Shown here piece by piece: positions 55,171-64,000 of a DNA stretch of 64,000 nucleotides. The notes beneath the pieces were generated by a model. The model was not told where the DNA came from. It did no database searches and saw nothing but the letters and a program-made list of their open reading frames with translations. The position numbers were made by a program, and so were the translations under genes. Position 1 is the stretch's first letter, and every line of letters starts with the position of its first letter. The stretch comes from the human T2T-CHM13v2.0 reference genome, Homo sapiens. The stretch is from assembly GCA_009914755.4 (NCBI GenBank), contig CP086569.2:12416001-12480000 (forward strand). The letters are read 5' to 3'.

Positions 55171-58100
55171 ATAAATGGAATGGAATCGAAGGGAAAGGAC
55201 GCGAATATAATGGACTGTTAAGGAAAGGTCTCGAATCGAATTTATTCCAATAGTATGGAATCGAATGGAATGCAATACTATTGAATCGAATCGAATGGAA
55301 TGGAATTTAATGGAATAGACAGGAATGGAATGAACTGGAAGTGAATGGACAAGAACGTAATATATTGCAATGTAATTTATTCAAATGGAATGAAATGCAA
55401 TCGAATGGAATGGACTCGATTGGAATGGACCGGAGTGGAATGGACTCAAATGGCATGGAAACGAATGTAATGGAATGGAACTGAAAGCAAAGGAATCTAC
55501 TGGAATAGAATCGAACGGAACAGAAACGAATGAAATGGAATGGAGTGGAATGGACTCGAAAGGAATGTATTCGAATGTAATGGACCAGAAAGGAATGGAA
55601 TCCAATGGAATGGAATTGAAAGGAATCAAGAGGAATAGAATGGAATAGAGTGTAATTAAATGATATCGAATGGAAGGGAATGGAATGAAATCGAATGGAA
55701 TGCACTGGAATGGAATGGACTCGATCAGAACGGACTGGAGAGGCATGTACACAAATGAAATGGAAACGAATGGAATGGAATGAAATGGAATGGAAATGGA
55801 ATTGAAAGGAACGGAATGGAATGGAATGGAATGGAATGGAATGGAATGGAATGGATTGGAATAGAATGGAATGGATTGGAATAGAATGGATTCAAATAAA
55901 ATAGAATCGATTGGAATGGTATTGAATGGAAGGGACTTGAATGGAATGGAAAGCAATGGAAGATATTGGAATCGAATAGCATCGAATGAAATGGAATGGA
56001 ACGGAATGGAACGGACCCGAATGGAATGGAAAGGAATGGACTCAAATGTAATGGACTCGAAAGGAATCGACTGAAATATAATAGACTCGAAAAGAATGGC
56101 CTCGAGCGGAATTTATTTGAATAGAATGGAATCAAATGGAATACAATAGTATTGAATGGAACAGAATGGAATGGAATCGAATGGAATGTAATCAAATGGA
56201 ATGGAACGGAATTCAATATAGTGGAATAGAATGGAATGCATTGGAAAGGAGCAGAGTGGAATCAGTGGAATGGAATCGAGTGGAATGGAATCAAAGGGAA
56301 CGAAATCGAATTGAATGGACTTGAATGGAATTGACTCGAAAGGAATTGACTCGAAAGGAATGGACTGGAACAAAAAGGAATCAAATGGACAGGAATGGAA
56401 GGGACTCGAATGGAATGGAGTCAAATGCAAACGCATCGAATGGAATGGATTCAAATGGAATGCAATTGAATGGAATAGAAAGGAAGAGAATGGAATTGAG
56501 AGTAATGGAAAGATATGGATTGGAATGAAATGGAATGGAAAGGAATTGAATGGAAAGGAATGGACTCGGAAGAAATGGATTGGAATGGAATGGTCTCCAA
56601 TGGAATGGACTGGAGTGGAACGGAATCGAATGGAATGAAAAGAATGGAACGGAATGGAACGGAAAGGAATAGAATGTTATGGAATCCGATTGGACAGAAT
56701 GGAATGGAATGGAGTTTCATGAAATGAAGTCGAATAGAGTGGCATCAAAAGGAATGTAATGGAACGGAGTGGACTCCAAAGGAATGGACTCGAAAGGAAT
56801 GGAGACGAACCAAATTGAATCCAATGGATTGGAGTCGAACAGAATGGAATGGAATGGAATGAACTCGACTGGAGTAGAGAGGAATGTAAAGGAATAGAAT
56901 GGAATGTAATCAAATGGATTGCAACTGAATGGAATCAAAAATAATAGAAAGGAATGGAGTGTAAAGGGATGATATTGAATATAATGGAATGGAATGGAAT
57001 TCAATGGAATGGAGTCGAAGGAATGGACAGGAATGTAATGGACTCCAATGGAATGGAATGGATGAAAATGGATTTGAACAGATTGGAATCGAACGGAATG
57101 GAATGCAATGGAATGGAATGGACTCGAATGGAGAAGAGACAAAGGGAATGGAAACGAATTCAATGGAATTGAAAAGAATGGAATGGAATGGCGTGTAATG
57201 GTAAGATACTAAATGGAATGGAATTGAATGGAATGTAGTGGAATGGACCCAAATGCAATGCCCTCGAATGGAATATACTCAAATGGAATGGAATCAAAAG
57301 GAAAGGTCTCAAATGGAATTTATTCAATACAATGGAATCGAATGGAATGCAATAGAATGGAATGGAATCGAATGTAATGGAATCAAATAGAATGGACCAG
57401 AATGGAATGGACTGCCATAGAACGGACTGCAGTGTAATGGATTGAATTCTAATTCATTCAAATGGAATGGAATGGAGTGGAATGGAATCGAATGGAATGG
57501 ATAGGATTGTACTGGATTGGAATAGAATGGAATGCAACGGAGTGGAATGGAGTTGAATGAAGTGGAATGGAATCGATTGGAATGGAATCAAATGGAATGG
57601 ACGGGAATGGAATGGATTAGAAGAGCACAGACTCGAATATAATGGATTGCAATGTAATTGATTCAAATGGAATGGAATCGAATGGAATGTTATAAAATTG
57701 AAGGGATTGGAGTTCAATGCAATGGAAAAGAATGGAATGCAAAGGAATGGAAAGGAACGGAGTGAAATCGAGTGTAATGGAATCGAATGGAATGAAATCG
57801 AATGGAATGGACTCAAAAGAAATGGACGAGGGACAAAACGGAATCGAACTGATTGGAATGGAACGGAACGGAAAGGAATGGAATGTTCTCCATTGGATGG
57901 GAGTAGAACGGATTGGAATGGAATGGAATGAAATGGAATGGAAAGGAATAGAATGGAATGGAATGGAATGGAAGGTAATGGAAAGATATCGAACGGATTG
58001 GAAAGGAATGCAATGGACCCTAATGGAATGGAATGGAATTCAACAGAAACGAATGGAATGGACTGGAGTGAAATGGAGTCGAATGTAATTGACTGGAGTG

Positions 58101-58905
58101 GAATGGACTCGAAAGGAATGGACTCGAATAGAATGGACTGGAATGGAATGTACTCGAATGGAGTGGAAAGGAATAAATTGGATTCCACCAGATTGGAATG
58201 GAACAGACTGAAATGGAATGGAATGGAATGCAATGGAACGGCTCGACTGGAATGGAGTCGAATGCAATGGAATAGAAAGGAAAGGAATTGAATGGAATTG
58301 AAAGTAATAGAATTAAATGGAGTGCAAAGAAAAGATATCGAATGGAATGGATCGAAAAGAAATAGAATGGAATGGACAGGAATGGAATGGAATAGAATGG
58401 AATAGACTGGCGTGCAATGAAAACGAATGGAATGGAATGGAAAGGAATGGAGTACAATAAATACTATCGAATGGAATGGAATGGAATGGAATGGAATGGA
58501 ATGGAATGGAATGGAATGGAGGCGAAAGGAAAAGAATGGATTGGAATGTCACCGAATGGAAAGATATGGAATGGAAAGGAGTGGATACGAATGGAATGGA
58601 ATAGAAAGGAACGGAAAGGTAAAGAATGGAATGGAATCGGATAGAATGGAATGCAATGTAATGGAGTCGAATGGAAAATAATCGAGTAGAATGATATCGA
58701 ATGGAATGGAATTTAATGGAATGGAATGGAATGGAACGGACTCGAATGGAATGAACTCAAATGGATTAGAATAGAATGGAATGGAACTAAACGTAATGAA
58801 CTCGAATGGAATGGACACAAATAGAATGGAAGGGAAAGGAATGGGATTGAATGCAATTTATTGGAATAGAATGGAATTCAATGGAATGCAACATTGTGGC
58901 ATGGA
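55171..58905 (+). repeat. Divergent GGAAT-type satellite block D1 (about 3.74 kb). It is much more degenerate than the canonical HOR and is not in simple register with it.
   Basis: It is still pentamer-based ('ggaat', 'ggact', 'gaatc', 'tcgaa'), but none of the canonical landmark ORFs recur. Only patchy similarity to the HOR remains, roughly 75-80% by eye. Examples: 55217-55290 versus HOR 2838-2915; 55427-55450 'ggaccggagtggaatggactcaaatgg' versus HOR 3083-3110; 57412-57460 and 57620-57680 versus HOR 1628-1690. The right end (about 58885-58933) merges back into canonical sequence around 'aatggaaaggaatcgaatgaaatggacccgag'. Confidence 0.75.
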
Positions 58906-59667
58906 ATCAAATGGAAAGGAATCGAATGAAATGGACCCGAGTGGAATGGACTCACATAGAACAGCCTTGAGTGTAATGGATGACAATGTATTAGATTCGA
59001 AAGGACTGAAATCGAATGGAATGTAATCAAATAGAACGGAATTGAATGCATGGAATGGCATAGAAAGTAATGCAATGGAATGGAATAGACTGGAATGGAA
59101 TGGAATCGGATGGAATGTAATGAAATGTAATGGAAGGAATGCCATGGAATGGAATGGAATGGAATGCAATGGGCCGGTGTATAATGGAGTGCAATGGAAT
59201 TCAGTGGAATGTAGTCAATAGGAATGAAATAGAATGGAATTCAATATAAGGGAATGGCATCCAATGGCAAGGAATGGAGTGGACTCCAATGGAAACAACA
59301 TGAAAGGAATATAATATAATGGAATGGCATTGAACGAAATGGAAAGCAATGGAGTTAAAAGGTAAGATATCGAATGGAAAAGAATTGAATGGACTCGAAT
59401 GGAATATAACGGAATGGAATGGACTCGAATGGAATGTACTAGAGTTGAATGGAATCGAATGGAATGGAAAACAGTGGAAAGGAAAGGAAGGGAATTGAAA
59501 GGAAAGGAATAGAATGGAATGGAATCGGATAGAATGGAATTGAATGGAATGGAAACTAAAGGAATAGAATAGAAAGGAATGGCATTGAATGGAATGGAAT
59601 GGAATGGAATCAGATGGAACAGAAAGGAATGGAATAGAATCGAATGGTATGGCATCGAATGGATTGG
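58906..59667 (+). repeat. Partial canonical HOR unit U16 (HOR positions about 3060 to 3816).
   Basis: 'atcgaatgaaatggacccgagtggaatggactcacatagaacagccttga' at 58921-58970 equals HOR 3071-3120. Landmarks 'gggccggtgtataatggagtg' (59171) and the remaining 3' HOR landmarks follow in order. Confidence 0.8.
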
Positions 59668-62600
59668 AATAGAAAGGAATGCAATGAACTCGAATGGAAT
59701 GTACTCAAATGGAATAGAATAGAATGGAATGGAAGTAAATATAATGGACTCGAATGGAATGGATTGGAATAAATTGGAATTGAATGTATTGGATTCGAAT
59801 GGAAAGGAATGGAATGGAATGGAATGGATTCGAATGGAATGGAATCGAATGGAATGGAACGAATTGGAATGTAATTGAATGGCGTCGAAAACAGTAGAAA
59901 GAAATGAAGTTTAATCGAATGATATCGAATGGAATTGAATGGAATATACGCGAATGGAATGGACTGGAATGGAATGGACTCTATGGGAATGAAGAGGAGT
60001 GGAATGGACTCGAATGTCATGGAGACGATTGGAATGGAAAGGAATGCAAAGGAATGGAATGGAATGGAATCTGATGCTTCGCAATGAAATGGAATGGGGT
60101 CGAATGGAATAGAATCGAAAGGAATGGCATCCAATGGAATGGAAACGAATTGAATGGAATGGCATGGAATGGAATGGAAAGGAATATAATGGAAAGGAAT
60201 CGGATGGAACGGAATGGAATGTAATGGAGTCGAATGGAATAGAATCTAATAGAATTGCATTGATAGGAATGGAATCGAACGGACTCGAAAGGATTGGAGC
60301 CTAACAGAAGAGAATCGAACAGAATAGCATCAAATGGAATGGAAATGAATGGAATGGAATGGAATGGAATGGAATGGAATGGAATGGAATGGAATGGAAT
60401 GGACACACATGTAATGGACTTGAATGGAATGGAATCAAATAGAATGGACGCGAATGGAATGGTCTCGAATGGAATTTATGAAAATAGAATGGAATCGAAA
60501 TTCATTGAACATTATGGAATGGAATCAAATGGAATGAAATCGAATGGAAGGAACCGGAATGGAATGTACTGGAATAGAACGGACTCGAATGTTACGGAAA
60601 GAAAAGTAAGTGATTCGGATGTCTTTTAATTGAATGGAATGAAATCAAATGGAATGGAAAGGAATAAAATGGAATGGAATGAAATAGAATGCAATAGAAT
60701 GGAAGGGAGTGGAGTCGAGTTGAATGGAATCGAATTGAATGGAATAGAATGGAATAGAATCAAATGGAATGGATTCGAATGCAATGGAACCGAATGGAAT
60801 GGACTGGAACATAATGGAATCGAAAGGAATGGAAAGGAATTGAATGCAATGGAAAGCAATGGAATCGAATGTAATGGAGTCGTATGTAGTGGAGTCGAAT
60901 GGAATGGAATCAAATGGAAGGAAAAGAATACAATCGAATGGAATAGAATAGAATACAACAGAATGAAACGGAGTGGAATCGAGTGGGATGGAATAGAATT
61001 CAATGGAATGGAAAGGAATGGAATCGAATGGAATGGAATCGAATGGAATGGAATGGAACAAAATGGAATTGAACAGATTAGAATCGAATGGATCCGAATC
61101 GAATGGAATGGAATATAAGGGAATGGAATGGAATGGAATGGACCCAAATGTAATGAACTCTAATGAAATGGACTTTAATAGAATGGATTAGAAAACAATG
61201 GGCTCGAATGGAATTTAATCAAGTCGAATTTAATGGAATGGAATGGAATGCAAAACTATGGAATAGCATCAAATGGAATGGAACAGAATAGAGTGGAATG
61301 GAATGGAATACACAGGAATAGAACAGACTCGAATGTAATGGATTGCAATGTAAGTGATTCAAAGGGAATGGAATCAAATGGAATAAAATCAAATGGAATG
61401 GAATGGAGTGCATTGGAATGGAATAAAATGGAATGCAAACAATGGTACAGAACTCATTTGAATGTAGAGGAATGGAATCGAATGCAATGGAAAAGAATGG
61501 AATGGACACGAATGGAATGGATTGGAAACAAATGGAATGGAAAGGATTTTAATCATACAGAACAAAATAGAATGCAATGGACTCGAATGAAATGGAGTCG
61601 AAGAGAATAGTATCAAATGGAAAGGAATGGAATGCAATCGAATCGAATGGAATGTTAATGAAATTAATTGAAAGGAATAGAATGGAATGAAGTGTAACGG
61701 AAAGATATCGAATTGAATGGAATTGAATGGAATGGACACAAACGGAATGGACTGGAATGGAATGAACTCGAAAGGAATGGAATGGAGCGGAACGGACTCG
61801 AGTGCAATGGAATCGAATGGTATAGAATAGAATGGAATGGAATGGAAAGGAATAGAAGGGAATGGAATCGGATCCAACGGGACAGATTGGAATGGGGTAG
61901 AATTGAATAGAATCGAATGGAATGGCATCGTATGTAATTGAATGGAATGGACTCGAATGGAATGGAGTGACATGTAATGGAATCGAAAGGAATGGAATCG
62001 AATGAAATGGAATTGAATGGAATAGAAAGGAATAGAATGGAATGGAGTTTAATGGAAAGATATTAAAAGTAATGGAATGGAATTGAGTGGACACGACTGG
62101 AATGGACTGGAATGGAAAGGACTCGAATGAAATGGAACGCATTAGAATGGACTCGAATGGAATGGATTGGAGTGGAATGGTCTCGAATGGATTGGAAACG
62201 AATGGAATGGAAAGGAGTAGAATGGAATGTAATCAAATGGAACGAAATGGAATGGAATGGATTCGACTGGAACAGAATTGAATGGAGTGGAATTGATTGG
62301 AATGGAATGCAAACGAATGGAATGAACACGAATGAATAGAATGAAATGAAATGGCATAGAATGGAATGGAATGGAATGGAATGGAATGGAATGGAATGGA
62401 ATGGAATGGAATGGAATGGCATGGCATGGAATGTGATGGAATGGAATGAAATTGATTGTAATGGGATGGGCCCAAAAATAAAGGACTCAAATAAAAGGGA
62501 CTCAAATAGAATGAATTGGAAAGAAACGGTCTCGAATGTAATTCATTCGAATGGAATGATATTGAATGGAATGCAATAGTATGGAAAGGTATCGAAAAGA

Positions 62601-62760
62601 ATGGAATAGAATGGAATGGAATGGAACGGAATGGAGTGCATTTGAACGGACTCAAATGCAATAAATTGCAATATAATTGATTCAAATGGAATGGAATCGA
62701 ATAGAATGTAAACAAACGGAATGGAAGGCAATGCAATGGAAAGGAATCGAATGAAATGGA
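59668..62760 (+). repeat. HOR unit U17, canonical but truncated at HOR position about 3084, exactly as U15.
   Basis: Landmark offset (59911-243). It ends with 'caatggaaaggaatcgaatgaaatgga' (62735-62760) and is followed by 'ataaatggaatggaatcgaagggaaaggacacgaatataatggactg', the same breakpoint and the same following sequence as at 55170/55171. Confidence 0.85.
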
Positions 62761-64000
62761 ATAAATGGAATGGAATCGAAGGGAAAGGACACGAATATAA
62801 TGGACTGTTAAGGAAAGGTCTCGAATCGAATTTATTCCAATAGAATGGAATCGAATGGAATGCAATACTATTGAATCGAATCGAATGGAATGGAATTGAA
62901 TGGAATAGACAGGAATGGAATGAACTGGAAGTGAATGGACAAGAACGTAATATATTGCAATGTAATGTATTCAAATGGAATGGAATGCAATCGAATGGAA
63001 TGGACTCGATTGGAATGGACTGGAGTGGAATTTACTCAAATGGAATGGAAACGAATGTAATGGAATGGAACTGAAAGCAAAGGAATCTACTGGAATAGAA
63101 TCGAACGGAACAGAAAGGAATGAAATGGAATGGAGTGGAATGGACTCGAAAGGAATGTATTCGAATGTAATGGACCTGAAAGGAATGGAATCCAATGGAA
63201 TGGAATTGAATGGAATCAAGAAGAATAGAATGGAATAGAGTGTAATTAAATGATATCGAATGGAACGGAATGGAATGAAATCGAATGGAATGCACTGGAA
63301 TGGAATGGACTCGATCAGAACGGACTGGAGAGGCATGTACACAAATGAAATGGAAACGAATGGAATGGAATGAAATGGAATGGAAATGGAATTGAAAGGA
63401 ACGGAATGGAATGGAATGGAATGGAATGAAATGGAATGGAATGGATTGGAATAGAATGGAATGGATTGGAATAGAATGGATTCAAATAAAATAGAATCGA
63501 TTGGAATGGTATTGAATGGAAGGGACTTGAATGGAATGGAAAGCAATGGAAGATATTGGAATCGAATGGCATCCAATGAAATGGAATGGAACAGAATGGA
63601 ACGGACCCGAATGGAATGGAATGGACTCAAATGTAATGGACTCGAAAGTAATCGACTGAAATATAATAGACTCGAAAAGAATGGCCTCGAGCGGAATTTA
63701 TTTGAATAGAATGGAATCAAATGGAATACAGTAGTATTTAATGGAACAGAATGGAATGGAATCGAATGGAATGTAATCAAATGGAATGGAACGGAATTCA
63801 ATATAGTGGAATAGAATGGAATGCATTGGAAAGGAGCAGAGTGGAATCAGTGGAATGGAATCGAGTGGAATGGAATCAAAGGGAACGAAATCGAATTGAA
63901 TGGACTTGAATGGAATTGACTCGAAAGGAATTGACTCGAAAGGAATGGACTGGAACAAAAAGGAATCAAATGGACAGGAATGGAATGGAATGGAATGGAC
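62761..64000 (+). repeat. Divergent block D2. It is a partial second copy of D1 that runs off the window end.
   Basis: 62761-64000 is collinear with 55171 to about 56420, at roughly 97% identity by eye. Examples of differences are 'gcgaat' versus 'acgaat', 'tagtatgg' versus 'tagaatgg', and a shorter pure tract at 63401-63440 versus 55801-55850. The offset between copies is 7590 bp at the start. Confidence 0.8.

Larger units (their letters stand above)
1..64000 (+). repeat. Satellite III-type (GGAAT)n / (ATTCC)n tandem satellite array organised in a ~3.8 kb higher-order repeat. The + strand is the G-rich GGAAT strand throughout.
   Basis: Seen directly: almost every 5-bp window is ggaat or atgga, or a one-mismatch derivative (gcaat, ggact, ggaac, cgaat). 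Long unique-looking landmarks recur at ~3.8 kb spacing, for example 'gggcccaaaagtaaaggactcaaataaaagggactc', 'gggccggtgtataatggagtg' and 'aacagtagaaagaaatgaagtttaatcgaatgatatcgaatgg'. The same landmark ORF (84 aa, - strand) starts at 244, 4060, 7876, 11687, 15508, 19329, 23135, 26931, 30742, 34548, 38394, 40832, 44643, 48484, 52340 and 59911. There is no 171-bp alpha-satellite periodicity and no TTAGGG. Established knowledge: GGAAT/CATTC pentamers with interspersed CpG-bearing variants define human classical satellites II/III, and long pure GGAAT runs favour HSat3. Confidence 0.9.

Noticed and set aside
55231-55250. A local orientation flip, 'tttattccaatag', which contains the reverse-complement pentamer ATTCC inside the GGAAT strand.
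   Set aside because: It is a single isolated 5-mer. The paralogous copies read 'tttattcaatac' and 'tttatttgaatag', so point mutation suffices. This is not evidence of an inversion.
55171-58905. The divergent block read as a transposable-element or foreign DNA insertion.
   Set aside because: It is itself GGAAT-pentamer based and shows patchy homology to the HOR. It has no terminal repeats, no poly-A and no coding capacity. The flanking 'direct repeat' is simply the HOR sequence resuming. A diverged satellite variant unit is the simpler reading.
1-64000. The possibility of a CRISPR array or another repeat-spacer system.
   Set aside because: The repeats are contiguous 5-bp units with no unique spacers of regular length. 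The only higher periodicities are the 3.8 kb and 7.6 kb satellite HORs, and no cas-like ORFs are present.
1-64000. Assignment to the Y-chromosome DYZ1 repeat, a ~3.56 kb HSat3 HOR.
   Set aside because: The period here is about 3.81 kb. The GAATTC sites predict 2.04 kb plus 1.74 kb fragments in canonical units, or 3.8 kb in type-B units, rather than a 3.56 kb EcoRI unit. No interspersed AT-rich DYZ2/HSat1B blocks occur in 64 kb. I cannot confirm any chromosome assignment without a database search.
1-64000. Alpha satellite, telomeric repeats or rDNA.
   Set aside because: There is no 171-bp monomer periodicity, no CENP-B box context and no TTAGGG runs. The window is AT-rich pentameric satellite with no rRNA-like segments.

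Overview
The whole 64 kb window is one tandem satellite array of the classical satellite III type. It is built from diverged (GGAAT)n pentamers, with the G-rich GGAAT strand on + and many CpG-bearing 'tcgaatgg' variants. The array is organised as a higher-order repeat (HOR) of about 3.8 kb that recurs head-to-tail in a single orientation. I find no credible protein-coding gene, RNA gene, CRISPR array, transposon or prokaryotic operon. Every ORF in the supplied track is an artefact of translating pentamer repeats: the + strand gives 'MEWNG' runs and the - strand gives 'IPFHS' runs. The ORFs overlap on both strands and recur at the HOR period. Canonical HOR copies look more than 99% identical by eye, and all numbers in this answer are by-eye estimates with no alignment program run. 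The structure worth examining is inside the array:
- One unit, U11 (38151-40588), carries a roughly 1.38 kb internal deletion with its junction inside a pentamer run.
- Three pure (GGAAT)n tracts at fixed HOR positions vary in length between units.
- Variant units form local clusters (U6/U7; U10, U12, U13, U14), with U12 nearly identical to U13. Several variants are CpG to TpG or CpA changes.
- From 55171 the array changes. A roughly 3.74 kb, much more diverged GGAAT-type block (D, 55171-58905) interrupts the HOR exactly at HOR position about 3084. The canonical HOR then resumes. The same D block begins again at the same HOR position at 62761. This gives a roughly 7.6 kb alternating super-period (D plus canonical) at the 3' end of the window.
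The sequence is most consistent with primate, human-like HSat3 heterochromatin. I cannot assign a chromosome, and the EcoRI site pattern I see does not obviously match the classical 3.56 kb Y-chromosome DYZ1 unit. I see no evidence of a novel gene-encoded biological system; the interest is in satellite architecture and evolution.
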